64,000 nt of DNA. Origin: Mobula hypostoma (taxonomy: Eukaryota). The translations under genes were made by a program, and so were the position numbers. This document shows, piece by piece, positions 37,256 through 50,284 of this stretch. Numbering within the stretch: position 1 is the stretch's first letter; each line of letters begins with the position of its first letter. The stretch is taken from NCBI RefSeq assembly GCF_963921235.1, contig NC_086097.1, forward strand, positions 163,558,001-163,622,000. Direction: 5' to 3'. The notes below the pieces were generated by a model. It ran no database searches and was not told the DNA's origin. It worked only from the letters and a program-made list of their open reading frames with translations.

Positions 37256-39514
37256 TATCAAGCCCTGTAAGAATGTTGTAAAGTTAAATGAGATCATCTT
37301 TCAAGACTCTCAGGAAGTTATCTTATACTGTATAAATTGAAAGCCTAGCAAGTTGAGCAGCAGCTGTAGTAAAAGATAAACTGAATGGATCCTACATGTT
37401 GATCAAGACAGTGCCCATCAAATACCTGTCAATTCAGGCAGCACCTTCAGTGACAGGAAAATTTAAGCGGTAGACAGTCAGAATCATATTCCAAGGGTAA
37501 ATATGACAAAATTAGAGGAGATGCATTTAAGGTGAGAGGGGAGCAGTTTAAGAGATGTGTGAAGCTAGGTTTTGTATGGTAGGTGAATGGTAGAGATTGG
37601 TAGGTGCCTGGAGCAGTGTCGGGAGTAATGGCGGACATAGATGTGACAGTGGATTTAAGGCAAATTGGCTGCTATATTTTCTAACACAGTGACCTTTTCT
37701 CTTGGCTTTAATAACTGTGGTGACCCACAGCTATGTAGAGCACCTTATGAATTCAGTTTTCTTTAAAGTTAGATTATGATATTTATCTTCACTTTGTTCA
37801 ATGAATCTCTGCAGCATGACTGTGTTGCTTAATCACTGTCTGTGAATACATTTGAAACACAAAGAAGAAATACTGGAAGTGCTCAGCAGATATGACAGCA
37901 TCCATGGCAAGAGAAATGCCGCTAATCTTTCTTCCAAAACTTACACTGGGAATATACTTTCTCAGCATTGTCATTGAGTGTTTTATCACAAGGTGTACAC
38001 ATGGGGAAAATCTACCGTATAGGCAATAAGCTTCAAAAGCAAAATTATTATACTAAGTCTGTAGTGTGCTCAAAATGCTGCTGACTTTATTCCTCTATGA
38101 AGAGACAAAGCAGAGATTGAGTTTGATCTGCACTGTTCTTCATTTTGGAATTGGGGACATCAAAAGAATCTTCTGAATGTTTCAGTCCCTTTTATTTCTG
38201 GAAGCTTGCAAAGTTTGGAATCTTAAGCACACCATGGAACCCCTAGACTGGCAAAGAACAAAGGGGTGCTATTCATCATATATTCCTGTACTGGCTCTTT
38301 GGTACAGCTATCCAATTAATCTAACGTACCTCCACTTTTTTCTCTCTGAATCAACCATGTCCTCTCGCTATGAAACCACAAGGTGAGATGGCAACGTTCC
38401 AACAATTAAAAGGTTGAAAGGGTATCTGGGCTTGGACAAGATAGTAAGCTGAAAGAAACTAACAGATTTTACTTACTGCCAAATGAAATGGCTGAAGTTC
38501 AACAAAATTGCTACCTTCTACAATTAACTTTCAAACACAGTGTAAAGCTTCATTCATAAGCTTGTCAGATAATGTACAATAAAGAATGTCATTAATATTG
38601 GCCAGTAAAAGATACTCATTCATAAACTTGTGTTTTCCCCATTCACATTCAGTTCTTCCAACATTTTGCTCCAAAAAGATACCCACAGTTTAGAGACTTA
38701 TTGGAAACTTTGGGTGACATCACTTATTCTTTAATTTGCCTATCTTTGTTATTAATTTTTGTGTCTCAGTGATGTTCATCATTGTTGGTCTAACGCTTTG
38801 TCAATGTCCTCAACTGTTATCTGCCAATATTTAAAACCTTTGGGATAGCTAATATTTTGATTTTATTCCAACACACTTTGTCACAGGGCAAAGGACTTAA
38901 TGAGTGAGCTCAGTGCTGCAGTCCCAGTGTAGTGGTTTCAGTTTCAAATACAATTAGCTGTCTGTGGAAATGCTGATATATTACTAATTACAGCTGAATT
39001 GGTGACACTGGCAGCTATCAATGCACGTCAATGTGAGAATGTCTTCTATTCTCTTTTAAAGTCAAATTAATGACAAAATTTAAATGCTCTGCTTGTTCTT
39101 CCCTTCAACAAATAACCATTGCTGTGAAGTATTGGCAGCCAGGAGTGCACTGCACCAGCTGTTAGACTCATTCATTTAACACTATGGATATCTCGCTGAG
39201 TAAGGAGTGGGAAAATGAGCCTAGTTGTTCTTTCACAGGGTCGTTGGGTTCATGCTTTCTTCCTGTACAGTAGCATGGTATTGTCTCCGGTGCTGGTTTT
39301 CTAGTGGACCTTCTGAAGGTAGTTCTACTTACTACAATGTAGATCTGTAGATGGTAATAGTCCCTCTTACTTCAGTAGGCCAAAGGAAATTCTTTATATA
39401 GCAGCCTGTTAACGTTGTAATGGAGAAAAGTTGAGTGTGACTGATTCCTTCTCTCACTCAGCATCCAAGAATAATTATTTTCAAATTGGGATTACTGGGA
39501 GATAACTGAGTGAG

Positions 39515-41680
39515 AATCAAAGTTCAAAGTAAATTTATTATCAAAGTATTGAGAAAATAAGGAGGCATGGGATCCAAGGGGCCCTTGCTTTTTGGATCCA
39601 GAACTGGCTTGCCCACAGAAAGCAAAGAGTGGTTGTAGACAGGTCATATTCTGCATGGAGGTCGGTGACCAGTAGTTTGCCTCAGGGATCTGTTCTGGGA
39701 CCCCTTTCTCTTTGTGATTTTTGTAAATGACCTGGATGAAGAAGTGGAGGGATGGGGTTAGTAAATTTGCTGATGACACAGAAGTTGGTGTTGTGGATAG
39801 TGTGGAGGGCTGTCAGAGGTTACAGCAAGACATCGATAGGATGCAAAACTGGGCTGAAAAGTGGCAAATAGAGTTCAATCCAAATAAGTGTGAGGTGGGG
39901 TTCATTTTGGTAGGTCAAATATGATGTCAGAATATAGTATTAATGGTAAGACTCTTGGCAGTGTGGAGGATCAGAGGGATCTTGGGGTTCCTGTCCATAG
40001 GACACTCAAAGCTGCTGTGCAGGTTGACTCTGTGGTTAAGAAGGCATGTGGTGCATTAGCCTTCATCAACCGTGGGATTGAGTTCAAGAGCCGAGAGGTA
40101 ATGTTGCAGCTATATAGGGCCCTGGTCAGACCCCACTTGGAGTATTGTGCTGAGTTCTGGTTACCTCACTACAGGAAGGATGTGGAAACGATCGAAAGGG
40201 TGCAGAGAGACTTACAAGAATGTTGCCTGGATTGGAGAGCATGCCTTACAAGAATAGGTTGAGTGTCCTTTTCTCCTTGGAGCAATGGAGGATGAGAGGT
40301 GTATAAGATGATGAGAGGCATTGATCGTATAGATAGTCAGAGGCTTTTTCCCAAGGCTGAAGTGGCTAACACGAGAGGGCACAGTTTTAAGGTGCTTGGA
40401 AGTAGGTACAGAGGAGATGTCGGGGTAATTTTTTTACGCAGAGAGTGGTGATTGCTTGGAATGGACTGCCGGTGATGGTGGTGGAGGCGGATACGATAGG
40501 GTCTTTTAAGAGACTGCTGGATAGGTACATGGAGCTTAGAAAAATAGAGTACTATGGGTAACCCCAAGTAATTTCTAAAGTAAGTACGTGTTTGGCACAG
40601 CATTGTGGGCCGAAGGACATGTATTGTGCTGTAGGTTTTCTGTTTACATATATGTCACCATGTACAGCCTGAGATACATTTTCTCACGGGCATTCACAGT
40701 AAATACATGAAGCCCAATAGAATCAATGAAAGAATGCAGGCAACAGGACGGACAAACAACCAATGTGCAAACGATAATCACTGTGCACATACAAGAAGAA
40801 ATAATAACAATAATAATAAATAAGGAAGATAAAACTGAGAACATGAGGTGGAGATTCCTTGAAAGTGAGTGCGTAGGTTACGGGAACAGTTTAGTGACGG
40901 GGTGCGTGAAGTTATACTCTCTGGTTCTGGAGCCAGATGGATGAGAGGTAATAACTTTTCTTGAACCGGTTGGCATGAGTCTAGAGGATCCTATACCTTT
41001 TTTCTGGATGGCAGCAGAGAGAACAGAGCATGGCCTGGAAGGTCGGGGTCTTTGATGATGGAGGCTGCTTTCTTGTGACAATGCCCCATGTAGATATATT
41101 CTACAGTGGAGAGGGCTTTACCTGTCATTAACTGGGCTGTGTCCACTACTTTTTATAGGATCTGCCATTCAAGGGCATTGGTGTCTCCATACCAGGTGGT
41201 GATGCAGTCAGACAATATACTCTCCACCACAGATCTTAGAAGTTTGTCAAAGTTTTAGATGGCATGCCAAATCTTCACAAATTACTGAGAAAGTAGAGGA
41301 GCTGCCATGCGTTCTTCATAATGGCACTTACATGCTAAGCCCAGGACAGATCCTCTGAAATGATGACACTGGGGAATTTAAAGTCGCTGACCCTCTCCAC
41401 CTCTGTCCCCCAATGTGAACTGGCTCATAGACTTCCAGTTTTCTCCTCCAGAAGTCAATGATCAGCTCCATGGTCTTGCTGACACTGTGGGATGGGTTGT
41501 TGTTGTGGCACCACTCAGCCAGATTTTCACTCTCCCTCCGATATGCTAATTTGTCACCACCCTTGTTTTGGCCAATGACAGTAGCGTCATCAGCAAAATT
41601 AAATATGAAATTGGAGCAGTATTTAGCCTCCAAGTCATAAGTATAAAATGTGTAGTGCAGGGGTCAGCCACACAGCCTTA
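39515..41680 (-). mobile_element. Rex1-type LINE (RT + 3' UTR) split by the CR1
   Basis: ORF 41328..41633 has IFNFADDATVIG...WCHNNN..SKTMELIIDF. The tail aagttcaaagtaaatttattatcaaagta resumes as catatatgtcacc near 40647. Confidence 0.85.
39549..40643 (+). mobile_element. CR1 LINE RT/3' end nested in a Rex1 tail
   Basis: SKFADDT, QRDLGV.VHR.LK and LVRPHLEYC motifs; 3' UTR gggccgaagg..tgtattgtgctgtagg. Confidence 0.92.
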
Positions 41681-42014
41681 GACGGGTGTTCATCTATCTA
41701 CCTTCTGTCCTCTGTAACAGACAGCACTTCCCTGTCCTCTTAATACCTGCTATTTTCCCTCCCCGCTTTTAGTCCTGTTGCAGAGTTTCAAACACAAGCA
41801 GTTCTGTTCCCCCAAAGATGCTGCTTGTCTAGCAGATTGTAGCATCCAGAATTTGCAGTCTCTTTTGTCATTGTCAAAGTTGACCTTATTGTCAAGTGCT
41901 CAAAAATGTGTATGTTCAGATGCAGTGAGAAACCTACATGCAAAAGCATCACAGGTGTACAACTCATGTTCTCAGTATTATGTAATTATTGTTTGCACAG
42001 TTTCTCTTGTACAG

Positions 42015-42562
42015 TCTTAGTCATAGAGAAGTAGGCCCTTCAGCCCACCTAGTCCATGCTGAAACCATTTAAACTGCCTACTCCCATCAACCTGCACTGG
42101 GACCACAGCCCTCCATACCCCTACCATCCATGTACCTAGCTAAACTTTTCTTAAACATTGAAATCTAACTCCCATGCACCACTTGTGCTGGCAGCTCATT
42201 CCACACTCTCATGGCCGTATGAATGGAATTTCCCCTCATGTTCCCCTTAAGCTTCTCACCTTTCACCCTTATCCCATGACCTCTGGTTGTCGTCCCACAT
42301 AACCTCAGTGGAAAAAGCCAGCTTGCATTTGCCCTATCTATACCCCTCATAATTGTGTACGCCTCTGTCAAATCTCTTCTCAATCTTCTATGTTCGAAGG
42401 AATCCGGTCCTAACCTATTCAATCTTTCCTTATAACTCAGGTCCTCCAGACCTGGCAACATCCTTGTAAATTTTCTCTGTACTCTTTCAACCTTGTTTAC
42501 AACTTTACTATAGGTAGATGACCAAAACTGCACACAATACTCCAAATTAGGCCTCACCAACA
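42015..42562 (-). mobile_element. CR1 LINE 3' end
   Basis: ORF 42165..42563 has LVRPNLEYCVQFWS...ERVQRKFTRMLPGL. Confidence 0.92.
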
Positions 42563-43329
42563 CCTTATCTCAGCAACACTGGCTATCCTTCAATCCTCTG
42601 GTACAGTACCTCTCCTGTCGCTAAGGATATTTTAAATATCTTTTTTTACACATTGGTTGTTTCTCAGTCTGTGCATGTAGTTTTCCATTGATTCTATTAT
42701 ATTTCTCTGTTCTACTGTGAATGCTTGCAAGAAAATGAATATCAAGGTAGTATTTGGTGCAATATATGCACTTTGATAATACATTTACTTTGAATTTTGA
42801 TATAGTATCAGGTACACAGAATTCACAAGAAAAACGTAAATTAAACATAAATTATACAAAAAAGAACACAATTACAATGAAAGTAATCCATTATAGTGCA
42901 AAGTGTTCAGTGGTAGATGATGAATCTGATAGAAAAGGCCCTTTATATAAAAGCAGGATATTAGTTTTTCTTTATTGTGACAATTTATGACATTCCCTTA
43001 GATAATACATAGACCATGGTCAAACCTCCGAGCTTCCTGTTCAATTCCAGAAATTACTTAATTGTGTATTTTGCGTCCATTTAATTGGTCTTTGGAGCTG
43101 GGGATCACTGCCTTACATCCGCTGATAGAGCATCAAATGAAGATGGCTGTTGGCTGTGGTCGTTGATCTTCAATTGTAAACATGGTATCAAGAAATATGA
43201 CGCAGTTTCTTCTGTGGTGGCAGCCACCAGGTCTAAAGTAGAATTTTCCTTTACAGGTAGAAGACATGCATTCCTCAATAAACAGAAATTGAACAAACAT
43301 ATTTTTACAAAATTGTAAGAACATATTTA

Positions 43330-44284
43330 TACTGATCAAAAAATCATTTTTTTGAAAGTGTTGCTTCCTCAGATTATTTTGTTTATGATAAAATGCTTGA
43401 AGCTGAACACAAATATAATTGCAGACTACTTGTATTAAGTAGGAATTTGGAGAAGCAAGATATTAACTTTTATTGAGTATAATGCATTCAATTGCATAAC
43501 GGTGCTGATGCTTTGCAATAGTTCAACTAAGCTAAAAATGTTTTGTTGATGATTTTCATTTGTACTCAGTGTCTGAGGCTTCTTGGTTAAGTGTCCAACA
43601 ATAATCCACCAGCATTGATGGATTCCAGTTGCCCTGATACCGTTTCTCCATGAGTGCAATGTCCTGCTGAAACCTTTTGCCATGCTCGTCACTGACAGTG
43701 GTAATATTTGTGGAGGAAGAGTCTAAATGGGAATGCAGAAAATGAATCTTTAGTGACATTTTGCACTTCATGGTTTTGTATGCTTGAAGCATGTTGTCAA
43801 CCGACTGCATGTAGTTTGGTGCTCTGTAGTTGCCAAGAAAATTTTCAGCAACATCTTTGAAAGCCTTCCATGTGATTTTCTCCAGTCCCACTGGAAGTTA
43901 TTTGAATTTCCTGTCATTGATGACCTGTTTGATTTATGAACCAACAAAAATGCCATCCTTAATCTTCACATCAGTTATCCTGGGAAACTTCTGTCTCAAT
44001 TATCAAAATTCTTCACAGAAATGTATGGCTTTTCTAAAACCTGCCCTGCCTTATAGCATCTGCCCTGCCTAAGCATGCCTAGACAAGATAGAAAACCTTT
44101 CAGCTTACATTGAGAGCAACATTTTAATTGACTTGAATTATGAACTGAAATAGCAAAACTGAGCAATTTCAAAAAAGTGATGCATGATGGGGAAATTTCA
44201 TGGTGTTTTTTTTATGAACAACAGCCCAAAATCCATTAGATACACTCAAAAATATTCAGGATGCAAAGTATTTGATGTCCAGTG
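43330..44284 (-). mobile_element. Chapaev3-type (CMC) DNA transposon, internally deleted
   Basis: ORF 43556..43891 has W.AFK.V.ENFLGN...MSLKIHFLHSHLD....VSDEHG.RF.QDI..MEKRYQG.W...ML.DYCW.L. Ends are tactgatcaaaaaa and tttgatgtccagtg, flanked by tta and taa. Confidence 0.8.
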
Positions 44285-44399
44285 TAAGTGAAAATGGTCA
44301 GTTAAACTGGTGCATTCAAACATGCTGACTTGTGTTTCAGCTTCAGGTTGACATAGACTCCAATACATTGTTCAGTGTTCACTAATACAGAGCAACTGA

Positions 44400-45800
44400 T
44401 TTTGCGTGTTCCTAATCTGATCCTGCTGCACTGAACACTGAACTAAAGCATGATATGTTGTCCACTAGATGCTATGCCAGTCCCCACTCAACACTGCCAA
44501 ATTTTTGCTACAGTCTATTGCAATTATTAGCAGTTAGCCTACATGTTACCTTTGGACATATTGCATGTGTTTTCTCTGAGAGTTTGCAGCATTTCTCTGG
44601 AGCAAGGACATCACTTTCCTTCAGCAGAACTTGTTCAAAGTTAAACACATATCTTGTCCCAGCACAGGGATTTCTTGATGAGTGAACATTTGATTTAGTA
44701 TTTTCTGTTATAATGCTATTCACTTTTTGGGGCGTGTGGTTTAAATTTGTGAAGCCATTTTGTGTTATGATGAATAGCTCTCCATACATAGAAATATATT
44801 GTACCAAAAATTTAATAATGTATTTCTCTTGGCATTTCCAGTTTATGAAATTTTGATTAAAACTTTTTTTTGTGGAACATGTAACTTTTGTCAATCACGG
44901 AATTGCAGTGCTGAGGGTCTGCTGCTGCTTCATCCTCATGATGTTCACTTGAGCTGTGGTTATAGACTCATTGCAATCTTTCTACATCTCTAGCATGAAT
45001 ATTATTCAAGGTGCATTGTTAGCTTCAGTTGCATTCTGAACACCTCTCCGGTTATATTTCCTGGCTGTGCTTCCTTGTCGTTCCTCCACGTTCTGTGTAC
45101 TCATGCAGACTGGTGCAAGCGTGCAATTTTACTGCAATGATTATAGCAGGCAATTTTAGGCAGGCAAAAGCTATGGTTTTTGATGTCAGAAACAGAGCAT
45201 TCTGCCTTTTGCAGCAAGAAATTTTCTCACTCTCAGATATCTGTAGCTTTTGGGATTTTTACCAAATTTCTCTTAACTGCTCAGATGATCAGTACTTGAT
45301 GGAGAAGCTGCGGGAGGCACCATCTGTCTTGCCTGATAAACTTACAAATGTTCCTTGAGAAGAGTAGAAGTCCATATTTCACGGAAATGTTTCGATCAAA
45401 GCTACAATTCTCATTGTTTTCTTAAGAATTAGGTCTTGCATGTAAATAAGCTTGGCCTGTGTTCTTCCCATTCTTAACCCACACATCAATTTGTCTTTCA
45501 GTGTTCTGTCCAAGAATGTTCTGAGATGATGTTGTCTTCCCAAGTTCCCCAAAGTGACAATGTAATCTTCAACTGCCTCCTTTGGCATCTGGTTTTGAAT
45601 ATTGTACATCTAACTGAAAGTTTTTTTGATGTGTAGTGAATCTTGACTGAGCTGGTCTGTCACAGCTGACCTGTCATTCAGCTCATAGCATTCTTGCTTA
45701 CTTAATCAGAAATTTCACATTATTTTTAATATCGTTCAGTCTGTTGCAAGAGTACCGATCCTATTGAACATGTGACTCAATTAAACATCAAGTATTTTAC
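44400..45800 (-). mobile_element. Highly decayed Gypsy gag(-pro) remnant
   Basis: ORF 45379..45609 'Q...EAVEDYIVTL..L....FLDRTLKDKLMCGL....QAKL....DLILKK' parallels the gag at 28.6 kb. A Cys/His-rich decayed knuckle follows. Boundaries are uncertain. Confidence 0.55.
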
Positions 45801-46449
45801 ATCAAGCCAGCCCTCTAAAAATCAGAGCAAAGATGACTAGACAATGTCAATTGCCTTGAAGGCAGATGACACCTTGTGACTCACTTGGAGCAGTTAAAGT
45901 ATTCCACAAAACCAACACAAGTAAGAGGATACTGTTTAGTAGAATACAATGGCTTTAACTACTTACTGAGCAGTTACTATTCCTCTCTCTCACCACTTGA
46001 CTATTTTGTATTTAAATACTCTAGTGAGTGAAAGGGTGAGATCCTGTTTGTGTTTGATGAATATGTAATGTGCTTAAGTGCAGAGTTAATATTCATTTGA
46101 AATAACCTTTATTTAGATAATCATGTAATATCACAGACTCTGATCTAGTGATGGAATTACTACCTTGGCACAAGGACCTGCAACATATTCATACAGTGAA
46201 AGTGAATCAAATCTTTTATTGATATCAAAATTATTAATCCCAATGACATGATGTAACAAGTTTTTAAGATCACAGAGTACAATTTATTGTGCAATGAAAA
46301 TTAAGCTGTGTAATTACTTCGTCACATTGTAAATTTAGCTAAATAAAAGGCAAACACGAGGAAATCTACAGATGCTGCAATTTCAAGCAACACACATAAA
46401 AATTGCTGGTAAACGCAGCAGGCCAGGCAGAATCTATAGGAAGAAGTAC

Positions 46450-46485
46450 AGTTGACATTTCGGGCCGAGACCCTTCATCAGGACT
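46450..46485 (-). ncRNA. Minimal hammerhead motif, core intact
   Basis: Minus strand reads AGTC CTGATGA A GGG TCTCGG CCC GAAAT GTC AACT; one stem I mismatch. Confidence 0.7.
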
Positions 46486-47426
46486 AACTGAAAGAAGAGA
46501 TAGTAAGAGATTTGAAAGGGGGAGGGGGAGATCCGAAATGATAGGAGAAGACAGGAGGGGGAGGGATGAAGCTAGAGGTGGAAAGTTGATTGGCAAAAGG
46601 GATATGAGAGGATCATGGGACGGGAGGCCTAGGGAGAAAGAAAGGGGGAGGGGGGAATCCCAGGGGATGGGCAAGGAGTATAGTGAGAGGGACAGAGGGA
46701 GAAAAAGAGAGAGAGAAAAAATATAATAATAATAATAAATAAATAACAAATGGGGTACGCAGGGGAGGTGGGGCATTAACAGAAGTTTGTCAATGTTCAT
46801 GCCATCAGGTTGCAGGCTACCCAAATGGAATATAAGGTGTTGTTCCTCCAACCTGAGTGTGGCTTCATCTTGGCAGTAAAGGAGGCCGTGGATAGACATA
46901 TCAGAATGGGATTGGGACGTGGAATTAAAATGTGTGGCCACTGGGAGATCCTGCTTTCTCTGGCGGACAGAGCATAGATGTTCAGCAAAGCAGTCTCCCA
47001 GCCTGCGTTGGGTCTCGCCAATATATGGGAGGCCACATCGGGAGCACAGAATGCAGTATATCACCCCAGCCGACTCGCAGGTGAAGTGTCGCCTCACCTG
47101 GAAAGACTGACTGGGGCCCTGAATGATGATAAGGGAGGAAGTATAAGGGCATGTGTAGCACATGTTCCGCTTACAAGGATAAGTGGCGGGAGGGAGATCG
47201 GTGGGAAGGGATGGAGGGGACGAATGGACAAGGGAGTAGCGTAGGGAGCGATCCCTGTGGAAAGCAGAGAGAGAGGGAGGAAAAGATGTGCTTAGTGGTG
47301 GGATCTCGTTGGAAGTGGCGGAAGTTACGGAGCACTTCACCCCTCCCCCTCCTGTCTTCGCCTATCATTTCGGATCTTCCCCTCCCCCTCCCACTTTCAA
47401 ATCTCTTACCATCTCTTCTTTTAGTT

Positions 47427-47462
47427 AGTCCTGACAAAGGGTCTCGGCCCAAAACATCAACT
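47427..47462 (+). ncRNA. Decayed hammerhead motif in the inverted pLTR
   Basis: AGTC CTGACAA A GGG TCTCGG CCC AAAAC ATC AACT; four G->A changes at CpG positions. Confidence 0.55.
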
Positions 47463-50284
47463 GTACCTCTTCCTATAGATGCTGCCTGGCCTGCTGCGTT
47501 CACCAGCAATTTTTATGTGTGTTAAATAAAAGGCAATTGGTTTTAGTAAACATTAGCAGGTCTTTGACATCAGAAATGGATGTCACAATCTTCAGATTGT
47601 TGTAAAAAGTAATTATACAATTAAATGTATCATTCAGTATGTCTCTAATGCTTCATTAAATTGGTCTGGAACCACATTATGACTGAGGGTTAATTGTCTT
47701 GCCATTGGATAGATTCTCTACGGACCTTTCACCAAGGAAAGGTCAAATAGGTACTGTAGGTTAAAGTATTATCTTGCAGGCCATAAAACTCCAGCATCCT
47801 GAGGGAGGTATTCTTGTGCTTCTTAATTAATAGTGACAAAGGAGGTTAATTGGGTTTCTCGCTGCTTGTAATTTGGTTGTGCTTGTAAATTTTAAGGTGA
47901 TGCATCTGCTCTACCCAGGTGCCCCCAGCTAGAAGAGGCTGAAACTATCTGATCCTGGGCGTACTTAGTTTGCTGCCATTAATGAGACACAAGCAAGTTC
48001 ACACAAGCATTTTATTGTTACAGGGATGTAGGGGAAGATAAACATAAGTTACAAGGAATTATGGACACGTGGAATGGGTTGAATGGGATTGTTCTCAGAG
48101 ACCAGGCTTGGAACTTGATGGCCTGAATGGTCTCTTTCTGTGTCATTATAAGATTTGAAAATGATTGCCTTGGTGTGCCATTTTGAGATTGGCTTCCCAT
48201 TTTAGAGGCAATTCTATTCAAATTACAAAAGGAATTGTTTATCTGATGGTTTCTATGTTCAACCTAATTTAAGTTCCCAATGGTGTATCATGGTGGCAAG
48301 TTAAGAACTGGCCCTGGTCCCATTGCATGTTCATTGAAAAGGGACATTGCTCACAAAGTCCGGCAGTCTGAGTGACGTGGGATTGGTCAGCAATGATTTG
48401 TATTGTTCCTTGCTGTGACTCAATTTAGTCATCAAAATGGGCACTTTATTCCAAAAGTAACTACCTGCAACCTATTAAAACCAGACAGTCCCTTCAAATT
48501 GTTGGGGCTCACTCCCTGTTGTAACTGATCACCAAAATACCAGAGGGGCTGAAAATCTGAAATGAAAAAAGAAAGTGTAGGAAATACTGAACAAGTCAGG
48601 GAGAATCTGTGGAAAGTGAAGCGGGTTGTGTTGCTGAGGGTAAACTAAATTAGTAAAACTGAGTTATTATTGTAACATATGTTGATGTTCAGTGAAAACG
48701 GTTTTTCAGACAGGCAGACAGAAGGTGTAAGGCCATGACTAGGTAGATTGTGAGGTCATGAGTCCTTCTAATGGGAAAAATGTGTGATTAGTTGGACCTA
48801 AAGTTTTTCTAGTGATACAATAACCTTCATTCTATGACAGGTAGCAAAGATTTAACATATTTGGATGGTTCATGGATAAGAACCACATGTAAACATATGT
48901 GATTAGCCTAGAGAGGCATTTTGGTTGGGGTGGATGAGTTGGGCCTAAGGGGTTGTTTCCAGCTATATAATTCCATGTCTTCCCTTTATTTTCTATTACA
49001 TCAAACTTATTCTCTCACTCTTTATTACAGTTCTAATGAAAGGACACACAACTAAAACATTAATTCTGTTTCTCTCTCCATAAAAGCTGCATGTCCTACT
49101 GAGCATTTTCTGTTTTCACACTTGTACAAAGAGCTGGATTTTACTCCTTGGAACCAACACATCAAAATCAAATCATCACATGTGGAGCTCACGGGTGATG
49201 AAGTAGAAGCAGTCCAACAAACAATAGAGTCTCGGTTTGAAAAAAAGACCTCAACAATCAACAAAAGTGCACTGCAAAACAAAATTGCCTCCTAACCAGC
49301 ACAGAAGACTTGATAGAAGCTTCTAGGGAGCCACTTTGGTTCAAGAAAGAAATCATTGCAGGTAGTCTAAATGTAACAAAGTAAAATGCACTCCCTGACA
49401 AGCAACAAGAAGCTTCTGTCACCAGTCGTGAAATAAATTCAGTAATAAGTACAATATTATTTACATTTGCAAGCAATCAATTGTTTTCTCAAGTGTAAGG
49501 TAATTGCAATGCAAAAGCATATTCAGCAATCATGTTCTAGCAGAACAGGGCAAAGTAAATTACATACCAGGCTGTCTTTTTCTCTTTATTGATAGAAGAC
49601 AGATAATTGTTTGGAACTGTTCTATTCCTTAGTAACCAAGGTTCTTTTAGTTGTTCCTCTCTATTGTGGGGGGGAGTTGGGGCCAGTGGGTCAGAATTGC
49701 TTGCATAGACTTGTCTGCTGAAGATTTATCTTAAAGTAGGTTAGCATTTATAAAGATGCTTATTACATCTGGCACTCTTGCCGACCCTGCTCATTTAGAA
49801 GCTGATTTTAAAAGTAAATGGGAATTGGTCAGATTAGACTGGCAGCTTGCCATTCTATTCATCAGTGAGCCAGCAGCTTGCTTTATAAGACATTGACATG
49901 CTTCCTGCACTGTGGATAGTGGAGTGCGACCAGCAGGGCACATCTTCTAAGGTCTGTGGTTGCCAGTATCAGAAGCATGATCTGCTGCAGATGTCAGCTC
50001 AAGGGTTTGGCTCACTTATCAGCCAGGCTGTTCAAAGCAAATAGCCCGAAGAATAAATCGTGCTCAACCTCATGAATGATTAGACCCGCGATCAAGAAAA
50101 CAGCAGCTCCACCTGGATTGTTTCTATAGAGAAGCTCTGGTCTCACCAAAAGCAGTTGGGAGGAAGATCTCACTGAGTGTATGAGAGTGTTCAGATTCAC
50201 CCTCTGTCTGTTTACAGTGCTGGCTTTAATGTGATTGTCACTGCAGTACATCTATATTTTCTCTCAGTGTGGATTATATATAAA

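Larger units (their letters stand above)
46354..47522 (-). mobile_element. Penelope-like element with GIY-YIG domain and inverted pLTR
   Basis: ORF 46366..47340 has GVIYC..CSRCG..YIGET. 47341-47523 is an inverted copy of about 46389-46564. Perfect 14-bp TSD taaataaaaggcaa at 46340-46353 and 47523-47536. Confidence 0.95.

Noticed and set aside
41770..41870. Additional hammerhead copy
   Set aside because: The PLE-end context is present, but both core boxes are lost (ctgttgc / acaag).
46366..47340. 324-aa ORF as an intact gene
   Set aside because: It is a truncated PLE GIY-YIG region reading through into non-coding pLTR. Recurrent 'MLVNAAGQA..' ORFs elsewhere are antisense pLTR translations.
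50012..50251. 79-aa minus ORF ending at a gtgag donor-like site
   Set aside because: Poor acceptor and no recognisable protein similarity; it may be non-coding unique sequence.
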